From Dehalococcoidia bacterium (GTDB lineage Bacteria; Chloroflexota; Dehalococcoidia; Plut-88900): DNA of 64,000 bases. Shown piece by piece: positions 47,444-58,256 of the stretch (the first letter of the stretch is position 1; each line of letters begins with the position of its first letter). The position numbers were made by a program, and so were the translations under genes. The stretch is from contig CBDBLV010000003.1 in assembly GCA_965207225.1 (NCBI GenBank), positions 128,001 through 192,000 of the forward strand, read 5' to 3'. The notes below the pieces were generated by a model, which saw nothing but the letters and a program-made list of their open reading frames with translations, had not been told where the DNA came from and did no database searches.

Positions 47444-48379
47444 TCAGGCCGAGGGCTTGATCCCCCTCACCAAAGGCAAAACTTCCTGGGCGAACCGCTC
47501 ATACTGCTCCATCATCCGTTCAGGCATGATCCCCGCGTTCATCACGAAGTGCGTGACCCCAGCATCCACGTACTCCTGGATCCCTTCCGCACAGTCATCC
47601 GCCCGACCCGACACGTTCGCCTCCCCACGCACCGCCTTCGTATGACTCCTCCGACGGTTCGATTCCGCCTCCAGCGTTTCCCATGCCCTCTCGGCATCGT
47701 CGTCCAAGCAGAACCAGAGCACGGTGCCGAACTCGATGGCGTCGGGGTCCCGTCTCGCGCCCCGGGCGTAAACCTTCACCTTTTCCCGCACCGACTTGTA
47801 TTCTGATGCGGGGACCAGGGTTGGAACGAAACCATCCGCCATTCTGCCAGCCCTCACGATTGTTGACTCTACCAACCCGTTCTTCCACAGCGGGCCCGTC
47901 CAGATCGGGGGGTGTGGCTTCTGTGCGGTCTCCGGCCCGACATCTACTCCGTCGAATTGGTGGTACTTCCCCTTATGAGAGACCTTCTCCCCGGACAGGA
48001 GCTTCCGCAACAGCATGAGCTTTTCATCCGCCATCTTCCCGCGTTCATGGATGTCGAGGCCCAGGGCGTCGAACTCTCTCTTGTTGCTCCCCACCCCCAG
48101 CCCCAGGATGAGACGACCGTTGGTCAGTGCATCCACCGTCGCCGCCGCTTTGGCCAACAGCAGCGGATGCCTGTACGGGAGCACCATCACCGCGGTCCCG
48201 AGCAGAATGCGCTGCGTCCTCTGGGAGGCAGCAGCCAGAAGGGGCAAGGGGTCGGGGGAGTCTCCCAGGGCGAAGTCGGTCGTCCAGAAGGAATCGAAGC
48301 CTGAGGCCTCGGCGCGGACGGCCATGTCCACGGCCTCGGTCGGGTCGTTTATGTGGGAGTGCATTATCCCGAATTTCAT
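47444..48379 (-). CDS. LLM class oxidoreductase
   Basis: GFDSFWTTD, YRHPLLLAK, NGRLILGLGVG; start MKFG at 48379. Confidence 0.92.
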   Translation of the reverse strand: MKFGIMHSHINDPTEAVDMAVRAEASGFDSFWTTDFALGDSPDPLPLLAAASQRTQRILLGTAVMVLPYRHPLLLAKAAATVDALTNGRLILGLGVGSNKREFDALGLDIHERGKMADEKLMLLRKLLSGEKVSHKGKYHQFDGVDVGPETAQKPHPPIWTGPLWKNGLVESTIVRAGRMADGFVPTLVPASEYKSVREKVKVYARGARRDPDAIEFGTVLWFCLDDDAERAWETLEAESNRRRSHTKAVRGEANVSGRADDCAEGIQEYVDAGVTHFVMNAGIMPERMMEQYERFAQEVLPLVRGIKPSA

Positions 48380-48407
48380 GTCAGCAGTGTCCCGTCCCAA
48401 AGAAAGA

Positions 48408-48438
48408 TAAAGGGTTGGCATCGAATGCCAACCCTTTA
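48408..48438 (-). terminator. Hairpin, probable intrinsic terminator after the aminotransferase
   Basis: TAAAGGGTTGGCAT-CGA-ATGCCAACCCTTTA with T-rich flank on the minus strand. Confidence 0.7.
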
Positions 48439-48479
48439 CTTCTTATCAGCAAATCTAAGCTATTTTCGGTCCTCTACCC

Positions 48480-49643
48480 CTACAGGTTCGCCACGAATTT
48501 TCGTATGCCCTCGACACCCTTCTCCAGGTTCTCCATGCTTGTGGCGAAGGATATCCGTACGAACCCTTCGCCGTACGCCCCGAAGGAGATGCCCGGGAGC
48601 ACCGCCACCCCGTTTTCGTAGAGCAGCCGGTCGCCGAACTCCTGCGCCGAAAGCCCCAGGTCAGACACATTCGGGAACAGGTAGAAGGCGCCCTCGGGCT
48701 TGAAGCAGCGAATGCCGTCGATCTCGTTCAGGGCGTCGCAGGTCATGTCTCTGCGCCGTCGGAACTCGGCCACCATTGCCTGGGGCTCTTCCTTTGACCC
48801 CTCCAGGGCCGCAATCCCCGCCTTCTGCACAAAGGGGGCCGTACAGGAGACGCTGTTAACCATCAGCTTGGAAATATGGGGCACCAACTCCGAGGGGAAC
48901 ACCCCGTACCCGAGCCTCCAGCCCGTCATGGCATAGGTCTTGGAAAAACCGTCCAGTATTACGGAGTGTTCCAGCATCCCGGGCAGCTGGGCGATGCTGG
49001 TGTGGGTGCTGTCGTAGACGATGTCCCTGTACATCTCGTCGGAGAGGACCAGGATGTCGTTCTCCCTGGCCATTTCGGCGACGGCCTCCAGGTCCTCCCT
49101 GTCCATCATCCCTCCCGTCGGGTTGTGGGGAGAGTTGAGGATGATCAGCCGGGTGCGGGAAGTTATAGAGCGCCTCACCTCGTCGAGGTCGGGCTTGAAG
49201 CCTTCCTCTTCATACAGCCGCATGGGTACGGGCGTCGCCCCCGAGAATTTGATCATCGACTCATATATCGGGAACCCGGGGTTCGGGTATATGACCTCGT
49301 CGCCCTCTTCGACCAGAGCAGTGAGGAGGAAGTACATAATCGGCTTGGCGCCGGGAGTGACGATAATAGAGTCGGGGGAAACGTCGATGCCGCGGGTCTC
49401 GGATGTGTGTTTCGCCACCGCCGCCCGGACGTCGGGGAGGCCGGCGGCGGGGCCGTAGTGAGTGAAGCCTCCGTCGAGAGCGTCCTTGGCTGCTCCGATG
49501 ATGTGGTCCGGCGTATCAAAGTCGGGTTCGCCCAGCTCCAGGTGCACGACATCGACACCTGTGGCGGCCAGCGCATTGGCCTTGACCAGGACCTCGAACG
49601 CGGTCTCTGTGCCCAGGTTGCTCATTCTCGAGGCCAGTTTCAT
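48480..49643 (-). CDS. Class I PLP-dependent aminotransferase (aspartate aminotransferase-like)
   Basis: [40 protein letters not shown]. Confidence 0.95.
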   Translation of the reverse strand: MKLASRMSNLGTETAFEVLVKANALAATGVDVVHLELGEPDFDTPDHIIGAAKDALDGGFTHYGPAAGLPDVRAAVAKHTSETRGIDVSPDSIIVTPGAKPIMYFLLTALVEEGDEVIYPNPGFPIYESMIKFSGATPVPMRLYEEEGFKPDLDEVRRSITSRTRLIILNSPHNPTGGMMDREDLEAVAEMARENDILVLSDEMYRDIVYDSTHTSIAQLPGMLEHSVILDGFSKTYAMTGWRLGYGVFPSELVPHISKLMVNSVSCTAPFVQKAGIAALEGSKEEPQAMVAEFRRRRDMTCDALNEIDGIRCFKPEGAFYLFPNVSDLGLSAQEFGDRLLYENGVAVLPGISFGAYGEGFVRISFATSMENLEKGVEGIRKFVANL

Positions 49644-49776
49644 TTTCGGTGCTCCTCCCGGGACGCAATTGCCAGAAATTACAGGCGGTAATTATATCAC
49701 GGCCACGGTTACATCCATTCGGGCTTTCAGCTAGAATGAACCCCGACTCCCTACAGTACCCGAAGAGGTTTGCGCC

Positions 49777-50721
49777 ATGCCCAAAGTCGAATTCGGCCCC
49801 CTTTACACCACCATGGAGAAATACATCGGCCCGGTGGAGTTCGCCGAAAAGGCCGAAGCCTGGGGCTACGACTACTACTGGGTGCCCGACTACGTCACGC
49901 TTAGCCCGATGGACGCCTTTGTTCTGCTGTCGGCGGTGGGACAGAGGACCACGTCCATCAAGTTGGGTACCGCTGTTGTGGTCGTGCCGTTCAGGACGCC
50001 CTTCCAGCTGGCGAAGGCCTCGGCGACGGTGGACGTGTTGTCGGGAGGGCGGTTCACCCTGGGGGTGGGGATTGGGGGGGCCGTGCCCCGAGACTTTGAT
50101 GTCGCCCAGGTCGACATGCGAAAGCGCGGGCGCATCTCCAACGAGACCCTCCACATTACGCGACGCCTCCTCACCGAAGAGAACGTCAGCCACCGCGGCC
50201 ATTACTATTCATTCGACGACCTTACAATCGAGCCAAGGCCCGTCAGCGACACTGGCATCCCCATCTGGATCGGCTCAATCTGCAACAATGGCTTCCCCCA
50301 GGGCGTCGTGGACCGGGCTGCACGCTATGGCGACGGCTTCTACCCCACCGACACCCCAATCGAAGAGTTCAAGAAGGTCCAGGAGCGCATCCGGTCCAAG
50401 GCGAAGGAGATGGGTCGGGACCCGGACTCCATCCAGTGGGGGCTGCTGGCCTGGACTTGTGGTGGTGGTTCCAAGGAGGAGGCTCGGCAGACGGCGAGCC
50501 GTGAGATAAGCAAGCGGCTGGAGTCGGAGTGGGACGTCCAGGCGGAGAATGGCTACATCCTGGGCACCCCCGAGGAGATGGCCGAGACCCTGCAGGGCTA
50601 CGTCGATATCGGGGTCACCAATTTCGTCGTGGACCCGGCCTGTGCCCCCGAGGACATGCTCGAAATGTTCGAGGTCTTCGCGAAAGAGGTGGTGCCTCAC
50701 TTCAGGGGCGAAGACAGCTGA
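49777..50721 (+). CDS. LLM class oxidoreductase
   Basis: GYDYYWVPD, SGGRFTLGVGIG, PRPV..IPIWIG. Confidence 0.93.
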   Translation: MPKVEFGPLYTTMEKYIGPVEFAEKAEAWGYDYYWVPDYVTLSPMDAFVLLSAVGQRTTSIKLGTAVVVVPFRTPFQLAKASATVDVLSGGRFTLGVGIGGAVPRDFDVAQVDMRKRGRISNETLHITRRLLTEENVSHRGHYYSFDDLTIEPRPVSDTGIPIWIGSICNNGFPQGVVDRAARYGDGFYPTDTPIEEFKKVQERIRSKAKEMGRDPDSIQWGLLAWTCGGGSKEEARQTASREISKRLESEWDVQAENGYILGTPEEMAETLQGYVDIGVTNFVVDPACAPEDMLEMFEVFAKEVVPHFRGEDS

Positions 50722-51671
50722 TGAGCGAATTGGGATTCGGGGTCACCCTGTTCGACGCGAATGAACGGCCAGTCATCAAGCAGGGTGTCGATGCCGAGGC
50801 CTGGAACTACTCCATCTTCTGGGCCCCCGAGTTCCTAGGTATCCCCACCCTGGAGCCCTTTCCCGTCCTCTCAGCAGTAGCACAGCACACAACCAGCATC
50901 AGGCTCGGCACCGGAATAGCGGGGCTGTCCGTCCGCAGCCCCGTCCAGATGGCCAAGGCCGCCGTCACCACGGACATCCTTTCCAACGGTCGGTTTGTCC
51001 TGGGGCTGGGGTTGGGGGGCCTTATTCCCAAAGACCTGGAGGTGGAGAACGTACCCAGCCTGGGGGAACGAGGCCGCATCTCCAACGAACGGCTCGAAAT
51101 CCTTTACCGTCTCTTCACAGAGCGCACCATCTCCCATTCCGGCGACTACTACAACTTCAAGGACTACACGTTTGGGCCGGGGCCCGTGCAGAAGCCACGC
51201 ATACCAATCTGGCTCGGGGCACGGTACACGGGCAAGATCGCCGATGCCGCCATGAAGCGGGCCGGGACCTACGCCGACGTGTTCATCTTCCCCGCCGATA
51301 CCCCCACAACCTACTATCCCTACGCCAAGGACAAGGTCCGGGCCTACGCGGAGGCGGCGGGTCGGGACCCGGAGGCCATAGGGTTCGCCAGCACGATGTG
51401 GACGTGCCTAGGATCAACTCGGGAGCGGGCCATAGATGTGGCGAACCGTATAATCCCGGAGATGCTCAGCGTGCCCTGGAAGGTGCCAGACAACGCCTGT
51501 TACGGAATGGGTACGCCTGAAGACTGCATCGCGACGGCGGAGGAATTCAAAGACCTGGGAGTCTCCCACATCATCATGAACCCCTGCTGTGATTACGAAG
51601 AGGTCACAGCTCAGACCGAGCGGTTCGGGCGTGAGGTAGTCCCGCACTTCCAGACTAAAGGCGCTAGATGA
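50721..51671 (+). CDS. LLM class oxidoreductase
   Basis: Start MSELGFG coupled to the previous stop (TGATG); FWAPE, SNGRFVLGLG. Confidence 0.92.
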   Translation: MSELGFGVTLFDANERPVIKQGVDAEAWNYSIFWAPEFLGIPTLEPFPVLSAVAQHTTSIRLGTGIAGLSVRSPVQMAKAAVTTDILSNGRFVLGLGLGGLIPKDLEVENVPSLGERGRISNERLEILYRLFTERTISHSGDYYNFKDYTFGPGPVQKPRIPIWLGARYTGKIADAAMKRAGTYADVFIFPADTPTTYYPYAKDKVRAYAEAAGRDPEAIGFASTMWTCLGSTRERAIDVANRIIPEMLSVPWKVPDNACYGMGTPEDCIATAEEFKDLGVSHIIMNPCCDYEEVTAQTERFGREVVPHFQTKGAR

Positions 51672-52612
51672 GCCCAATGCAATTCGGCGTAACCCATACG
51701 AGGTCCGAGGAACGGACTGCTGTCCAGCAGGGTGTCGATGCCGAGAATTGGGGGTTCTCCATATTCTGGGCCCCGGAGTTCCTCGCCATCCCCACACTGG
51801 AGCCCTTCGCCGTTCTTTCCGCGGTAGCACAGCACACCGCCTCCATCAGGTTAGGCACCGGGGTGGCAGGGCTGGCCCTCAGAAGCCCCTTCCAGCTGGC
51901 CAAGGCCGCCATCACCACCGACATTCTTTCCAACGGACGGTTGGTGCTGGGGCTCGGTCTCGGAGGCGTGCATCCCAAGGACCTGGAAGTCGAGGGCATA
52001 CCGAACCTGCGGGAGCGGGGCCGCATCTCCGACGAACGTCTCGAAATCCTCTACCGGCTTTTCACTGAGAAGAACGTCTCCCACTCCGACGAGTACTACC
52101 AGTTCGAGGACTTCACCCTCACCCCCGACCCCGTGCAGAAACCCCACGTGCCCATCTGGGTCGGGGCACGGTGGTCGGGCAAGATCTTCGACGCCGCCCT
52201 GAAGCGCGCCGGGACCTACGCCGATGTCTTCATCTTCCCCGCCGACACCCCAACGGACTACTACCCGGGCGCCAAGGAGAAAATCAGCAAGTACGCCGAA
52301 GCTGCAGGCCGGGACCCGGGCGATATCCGTTACGCCTCGACTATCTGGACATGCCTCGCCTCATCGCGGGAAGAAGCAAAGGCCATTGCCAACCGTGAGA
52401 TTACCCGTTCGCTGCAAGTCCCCTGGGTGGTCCCCGACAACGCCTGCTACGGGCTCGGCACGCCGGAGGACTGCATAGCCACCGTGGAGGAATTCGCAGA
52501 CCTCGGCGTATCCCACCTACTCCTGGCGCCCTGCTGTGAACCCGCAGAAACCACGGCACAGACCGAGCAGTTCGGCCGCGAAGTCGTATCCCATTTCAAA
52601 GGTGTTGAGTAA
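51668..52612 (+). CDS. LLM class oxidoreductase, close paralog of the preceding gene
   Basis: FWAPE, SNGRLVLGLG, PVQKPHVPIW; ATGA overlap. Confidence 0.93.
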   Translation: MSPMQFGVTHTRSEERTAVQQGVDAENWGFSIFWAPEFLAIPTLEPFAVLSAVAQHTASIRLGTGVAGLALRSPFQLAKAAITTDILSNGRLVLGLGLGGVHPKDLEVEGIPNLRERGRISDERLEILYRLFTEKNVSHSDEYYQFEDFTLTPDPVQKPHVPIWVGARWSGKIFDAALKRAGTYADVFIFPADTPTDYYPGAKEKISKYAEAAGRDPGDIRYASTIWTCLASSREEAKAIANREITRSLQVPWVVPDNACYGLGTPEDCIATVEEFADLGVSHLLLAPCCEPAETTAQTEQFGREVVSHFKGVE

Positions 52613-53541
52613 TGAGCAAACTGCAGTTCGGACCCCTCTTTTTCCCCACCGAAGAAGGCCCCGAGGCCCTGGAACTCGCCAAAATGGCCGACGATCTCGG
52701 CTACGACTACTTCTGGGTGCCTGACTACGTGACCCTCCCTTATTTGGACGCCTTCGTGCTCCTGGCTGCCGCGGCCCGGGAGACCAAGAATGTGAGACTT
52801 GGGACAGCGGTGACCCTGGCCCCGTTCCGGTCGCCCTTCCAGATGTTCAAGGATGCGGCCTCGGTTGACGTGCTTTCGGACGGGAGGCTGACGCTGGGCG
52901 TGGGTATCGGCGCAGTGGCCCGAGACTTTGAGATCGCCCAGGTCGACTTCCGTAAGCGGGGCCGCATCTCTGACGAGTACATCGACATCACCCGACGTCT
53001 TCTCGCCGAGGAGCACGTGGACTACGACGGCGAGTTTTACAGCTTCCGCGACCTGACCATGGGCCCCAGGCCCGTGCAGAAGCCCGTCCCCATCTGGATT
53101 GGCGCGAATGGCCAGAACGGCTTTCCCCCGGGCGTGCTGCGCAGGGCCGGACGGCTGGGCGACGGCTTTTTCCCCACAGAGACTCCGGTCAAGACCTTCA
53201 CGGAGGCCCAAGCCAGCATCCAGGAGCACGCCGAGGCCGTGGGTCGGGACCCCGACGCCATCGGCTGGGGACTGCTCACCTGGAGCGCCCTGGCCGACAA
53301 CCGGGAAGAGGGGGTCAGGACAGCTGAAAGGGAGATCGGGGCCCGGCTGAACAAGGTACACACGGTGAACCCGGATGCCGGGTACGCCGTCGGGCGGCCG
53401 GAGGACATGATCGAGACCATCGAGTCCTTCGCCGAAATTGGCGTGACCAACTTTGTCATAGACCCTGGCTGCCACCCCCGCGACATCCGCACCCTTGTCG
53501 AGACCTTCGCCAAAGAGGTCATGCCCCATTTCCGCGACTAG
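52612..53541 (+). CDS. LLM class oxidoreductase
   Basis: GYDYFWVPD, SDGRLTLGVGIG; TAATG overlap. Confidence 0.93.
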   Translation: MSKLQFGPLFFPTEEGPEALELAKMADDLGYDYFWVPDYVTLPYLDAFVLLAAAARETKNVRLGTAVTLAPFRSPFQMFKDAASVDVLSDGRLTLGVGIGAVARDFEIAQVDFRKRGRISDEYIDITRRLLAEEHVDYDGEFYSFRDLTMGPRPVQKPVPIWIGANGQNGFPPGVLRRAGRLGDGFFPTETPVKTFTEAQASIQEHAEAVGRDPDAIGWGLLTWSALADNREEGVRTAEREIGARLNKVHTVNPDAGYAVGRPEDMIETIESFAEIGVTNFVIDPGCHPRDIRTLVETFAKEVMPHFRD

Positions 53542-54442
53542 GCCGATGATTCGAGCCAAAGGAGACTGACATGGCCCTGAAAATAGGCATCCACGCTGGT
53601 CCGCAGGACTGCTCCTACGAAGACCTGAAACGGCTGTGGCACATGGCCGACTCCTCGGGGTTTTACTGGGTCTCGGTCTGGGACCACTTCTACGAGACCC
53701 CGGTTATCGACGGCAAGGGCCCCTGCTTCGAGGCCGTGTCCATCATGACCGCCCTGGCTGCAGAGACCAAGAACGTACGGGTAGGGTGCCTGGTATTCTG
53801 CGTCGGGACCCGGAACCCGGGCTTGCTGGCTAAAGCTGCAGTCACTATCGACCACGTCAGCAACGGGCGGCTGGAGCTGGGCATCGGGTACGGGCCCTGG
53901 GGTCCGGAATACGTTGCCTACGGGCTCGACCTACCCACCATGAAGACCCAGATGGACATCCTAGAGGAATCTGCGCAGATCACCCGCTCCATGCTCCACA
54001 ACGGGACAACCAGTTTCCAAGGTAAGCACTTCCAGATCGAGAACGCCCACGTATACCCCCGACCCGTCCAGGACCCCCCGAGGCTCTGGATAGCGGGCAT
54101 AGGTGAAAGGCGCATTCTGCCGATGGTCGCTCGCTACGCCGACGGCTGGAACGCCACATACATCCCCGACGCCGCCTTCAAGTCCAAGAACGAACTCTTG
54201 AACAGGCTTTGCGAAGAAGGGGGTCGGGACCCGGCGGAGATCGCCCGTACCTGCAACGTCGGCTTCTACATGGGCGCCGACCAGAAGGCCGCTGAGCGAA
54301 AGCGTCGGGAGTTCGAGGAGAAGTGGGGTAGGGGGGAGGCGGGACCCGACGACGCGAAATACGACAAGGACCGGGACTACCTCTCGGAATTCGAACAGGG
54401 GATGATCTTCGGCACTGCCCAGAACGCCATAGAGCGGCTCGG

Positions 54443-56330
54443 CCCAAATCCACCGCCTAATTGAATGAGAATACCTCGTTGGAGTCGGCTGCAAAGCTGA
54501 CTAAGATGGTAAGTGACAATCCCAAACCATCACCAACGAGGTGCAGTTATTATGCAACATGGAGTCCTACCGTTCCAGTACAGGGCAGAGAACCGCATCG
54601 GGGGCATGACGGCGCTATCGGGGTTGGCAGTCTACCTGGAGATGGCCGAGGCAATCGGCCTTGGCGAGTCGATCAGACGCCACGTGAGGGTCAGAGAGGG
54701 AGGCCAGGGTTGGACGGACCGTCAGATGGTCACCTCACTGACGCTGTTGAACCTGGCGGGCGGCGAAGGGGTGGACGACCTTCGCGTGCTGGAGGCGGAC
54801 GAGGGCCTTGGCCGGATGTTGGGAAGGGTGGAGACCCACCGGCAGCGAGCTTCGGAGCGCAGGGCGGTGCGCAACCGGTGGCGGCGTGACCGACACCGCT
54901 ATGTGCCGTCTCCATCGGCGGTGTTCCGGTATCTGAGCCAGTTCCACGACGCATCCCAGGAGGAGGCGAGGCAGCCTCATACGGCGTTCATACCCCAGGC
55001 CAACGACGCGCTGGACGGACTTGGGAAGGTCAACGCCGAGATGGTGGGCTTTGTCCAGGGCCACGTCGGGCATAGGCAGGCGACACTGGATATGGACGCG
55101 ACGCTGGTCGAGACTCACAAGCAGGAGGCGCTCTACTGCTACAAGGGATTCAAAGCCTATCAGCCGCTAACGACATACTGGGCCGAGGCGGACCTGGTCG
55201 TCCACTCGGAGTTCAGAGACGGCAACGTTCCTGCGGGATTTGAGCAGCTACGAGTGTTGCGAGACGCGTTGGAGTGCGTACCCGAGGGAGTGGAGCGGGT
55301 GATGCTGCGGTCCGACACGGCAGGCTACCAGAACGATCTTCTGGAGTACTGCGCCGAGGGGAGAGACGAACGGTTCGGAGTGATCGAGTTCGCGATTGGG
55401 GTACGCGTCACGGACGAGTTCAAGCATGAGGCGGCGCTGGTGGAAGAGAGCGAGTGGCGTCAGTTGCCCCGGATGATGGGGGAGTTCGAGGTGGAGACGG
55501 GGCAGGAGTGGGCCGAGGTGGGCTTCATGTCCAGTCGATTAGGTCGCTACAAGGAGGGTCCCGCCTACCGTTTCATAGCCGTCAGAGAACCTCTGAGGCG
55601 ACCGCCGCTACCGGGCATGGAGAGTGAGTTTGAGCTGTCGGTTCCGGTCATGCAGATGCCGAACCACGGCTGGTACAAGATCAGCGGGATAGTGACGAAC
55701 CGGGAGCTTCCGGGAGACGAGGTTGTGCGGTGGTACCGTGAGAGATGCGGGAAAGGCGAGGAGGTCCATAGTGTGCTGAAGGAGGACCTGGCGGGCGGGA
55801 GACTGCCGTCGGGACAGTTCGGAGCCAACGCAGCGTGGTGGGCGATAACGGTGCTGGCGTTCAACCTGAACTCGGCGGTCAAGCAGTTGGCGCTGGGTGA
55901 TGAGTGGGTGACCAAGCGGCTCAAGGCGGTGCGCTTCGCTCTGATCGACCTTGCCGGTCGAGTGGTCTACCATGCCAGGAAGCTGCTGATCCGACTGGCG
56001 CGAGGTCATCCATCGTTCCCGCTGCTGGTCGGGGCACACCGGAGAATAGCGGCGCTGGCTCACGGCCCTCCCTGAATCTGAGACGGTCCGCGCCACAGCC
56101 TATCGGTCAAGCGACGTGGATAACCGTCGTAGGGACGCTGCGTCCTCCTACGAGGCCAAACGGCTCAAAATCGACGCAAAACATCGTAAAGCAGCACCCC
56201 AAGACCCTCATACGTCCACCATCGGCCCCGCCAAACCACTGCTAACCCTGTCAGTAGCCAATCGACGCCCCCACCGGCCCAACCGAAAGGTCAGAAAATC
56301 AGATTCCTACCTTTAGGCGGTGGATTTGGG
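54443..56330 (+). mobile_element. IS1380-family insertion sequence, 1888 bp
   Basis: 18-bp perfect TIR CCCAAATCCACCGCCTAA / TTAGGCGGTGGATTTGGG; 4-bp target duplication TCGG. Confidence 0.93.
54513..56075 (+). CDS. IS1380-family DDE transposase
   Basis: LDMDAT, FRDGN, RSDTAGY, YRERCGKGEE..K, F.ANAAW; start may be ATG 54552. Confidence 0.9.
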   Translation: MTIPNHHQRGAVIMQHGVLPFQYRAENRIGGMTALSGLAVYLEMAEAIGLGESIRRHVRVREGGQGWTDRQMVTSLTLLNLAGGEGVDDLRVLEADEGLGRMLGRVETHRQRASERRAVRNRWRRDRHRYVPSPSAVFRYLSQFHDASQEEARQPHTAFIPQANDALDGLGKVNAEMVGFVQGHVGHRQATLDMDATLVETHKQEALYCYKGFKAYQPLTTYWAEADLVVHSEFRDGNVPAGFEQLRVLRDALECVPEGVERVMLRSDTAGYQNDLLEYCAEGRDERFGVIEFAIGVRVTDEFKHEAALVEESEWRQLPRMMGEFEVETGQEWAEVGFMSSRLGRYKEGPAYRFIAVREPLRRPPLPGMESEFELSVPVMQMPNHGWYKISGIVTNRELPGDEVVRWYRERCGKGEEVHSVLKEDLAGGRLPSGQFGANAAWWAITVLAFNLNSAVKQLALGDEWVTKRLKAVRFALIDLAGRVVYHARKLLIRLARGHPSFPLLVGAHRRIAALAHGPP

Positions 56331-56471
56331 TCGGGAGCCTGCAGGAGTCGGGGGCGGACCAGGTCAACATCTCCGTCCGCGCCCCCTTCGACTGGGAGGG
56401 GCTGCAGGCTTTTACGGAGGAGGTCATTCCGGCGTTCAAATAGCCGCACCTACCCATAGGCACGGTCCAAC

Positions 56472-57812
56472 TTACTCCCCCGTCACCCGATCAACAAACT
56501 CCTTAGCCAGCCCGAGATACGAGTCCGGGTCCAGCAGGCCGTCTATCTCCGCCTCCGATAGGACGCTGGTAACCCTTTCATCCTCCATCAGCAGTTCTTT
56601 GAGCCACCGACCTTCCTCGAACGCCTTTTGCGCCGCCTCGTAGACCACATCGTGGGCCGTGAACCGGCCCAGGGTTTCTGCCAACCCGATCATCACCGCC
56701 TCGGACATTATCAGTCCTCGGCTGTGGTCCAGGTTCCGGCGCATGGCCTCGGGCTTCACCTGCAGGTTCTCGAATATCCCGATGGACAGGTTGAGTAAGC
56801 CCGCGCTCAAGATGCACCCTTCCGATACGAAGTGCCATTCGCTGTGCCACACTGCCGAGTCCCGCTCGTCCTCATGCTCCAGCCCCTCCAGCGCCGCCCC
56901 GGCCAGCGCTCGGATGGTCCGGGCCACGGCGATCACCTGCTCAGACCAGGTCGGGTTTCGCTTCTGGGGCATCGTGCTGCTCCCGACCTGCCCCGCCCCG
57001 AACTTCTCCTCAAGCTCGCCCATTTCAGTCCGCTGCATCAGCACTACTTCGTGGGTCATCTTGGCCAGACTGCCCGCAATCATCGAAAGCACCGTGATGA
57101 ACTCAACAAGGTTGTCCCGGGCCGAGTGCCACGTAATGACCGGGTTCCCGAGCCCCAGGTCCTCCATCAGGGCGTCCCGCACCTCCGAGGCCCTGTCACC
57201 CAACGACGAGAGCGTTCCAGCTCCTCCGCTGAACTGCCCTACCAAAAGCCTGGGCTCGCACTGCTCCATCCGCTCGATGTGTCGGCCCATCTCCGCCGCC
57301 CACACCGCCACCTTGTAACCGAAGGTGATCGGCAATGCCTGCTGCCCATGCGTCCTACCCGCCATCAGAGTCCCCCGGTGCTCCTTTGCCAGGTCGATGA
57401 GCGTCTGGTGCACTCGCCGCAGGTCCCGGGTCAGGATCGACAGGGCCTGCCTCAGCTGCAGCACCATCCCCGTGTCCATGATGTCCTGCGTCGTCGCGCC
57501 CCAGTGGATGTACTCCCCCGAGTCCCCCGGACAGTGCCGTTCCAGCTCCTCGATGACCGGTACGATCGGGTGCCGGGTCACGTCCATGTCCCGCTTGATC
57601 GCTTCGATGCTCATTTCGTCGGCGTTGCAGTGGACGACTATGGCATCGGCGGCTTCCTGTGGGACTACGCCCAGGCGACCTTCGACTCGGGCCAGGGCTG
57701 CTTCCACATCGAGCCAGCTCTGCAGCTGGTTCCGCTCCTCGAAAACGGCCCGCATCTCGTCGGTGCCGAACAGGTCCTTGAAAAACGCCGAGTCCAGGGG
57801 TGTCGATCCCAT
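56472..57812 (-). CDS. Adenylosuccinate lyase family protein (PurB/PcaB-like)
   Basis: HWGATTQD, GRTHGQ, GSSTMPQKRNP, HEDER; AAGGA RBS before ATG 57812. Confidence 0.9.
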   Translation of the reverse strand: MGSTPLDSAFFKDLFGTDEMRAVFEERNQLQSWLDVEAALARVEGRLGVVPQEAADAIVVHCNADEMSIEAIKRDMDVTRHPIVPVIEELERHCPGDSGEYIHWGATTQDIMDTGMVLQLRQALSILTRDLRRVHQTLIDLAKEHRGTLMAGRTHGQQALPITFGYKVAVWAAEMGRHIERMEQCEPRLLVGQFSGGAGTLSSLGDRASEVRDALMEDLGLGNPVITWHSARDNLVEFITVLSMIAGSLAKMTHEVVLMQRTEMGELEEKFGAGQVGSSTMPQKRNPTWSEQVIAVARTIRALAGAALEGLEHEDERDSAVWHSEWHFVSEGCILSAGLLNLSIGIFENLQVKPEAMRRNLDHSRGLIMSEAVMIGLAETLGRFTAHDVVYEAAQKAFEEGRWLKELLMEDERVTSVLSEAEIDGLLDPDSYLGLAKEFVDRVTGE

Positions 57813-57992
57813 GTGTGATGTTCCTTTCGGGAGTTGAAGATACTCGCGACAAACAAGCCTAATGCTCGCTGTCGGGTATGGCAACAAATCATAATTCTTT
57901 TCCATTTGCCTAAACGCCAAGTGATCAACCCTGCATTCTAGTCATGTATAATGATGTATCCCAAATGGGGACCTAATGCATAGGGGTGTGTG

Positions 57993-58256
57993 ATGGCGAA
58001 GACTGCAATGGTTCGTGCGCGGGTAGAGCCGGAATTGAAGCGCCAGGCCGAAGAACTATTTTCGGAGCTTGGACTATCAGCAACGGAGGCAATTACGCTC
58101 TTCTACAAGCAGGTCGCAATACATCGCGGCTTACCTTTCTCTGTGCGAATTCCCAATAAAAAGACCATGGAGGCCATGAGACAAGCTGAGAATCGAGAAG
58201 ACCTCCTCGAATATTCCAGTATCGAAGACTTCAGGGAAGACCTCGAGCGCGCATAA
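57993..58256 (+). CDS. RelB/DinJ-family antitoxin
   Basis: VRARVEPELK..AE.LF..LGLS..EAI.LF...GLPF. Confidence 0.92.
   Translation: MAKTAMVRARVEPELKRQAEELFSELGLSATEAITLFYKQVAIHRGLPFSVRIPNKKTMEAMRQAENREDLLEYSSIEDFREDLERA

Larger units (their letters stand above)
53571..56443 (+). pseudogene. LLM class (F420-type) oxidoreductase interrupted by IS1380
   Basis: 5' part to 54442; after IS removal the frame continues ...ERLGSLQESGADQVNISVRAPFDWEGLQAFTEEVIPAFK* to 56443. Confidence 0.9.

Noticed and set aside
56472-57812. Assigning purB or pcaB
   Set aside because: Motifs identify the superfamily only, and gene context does not discriminate
57957-57972. Palindrome upstream of the DinJ-like gene as TA operator
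   Set aside because: Plausible but short and imperfect; not enough support to list as a feature
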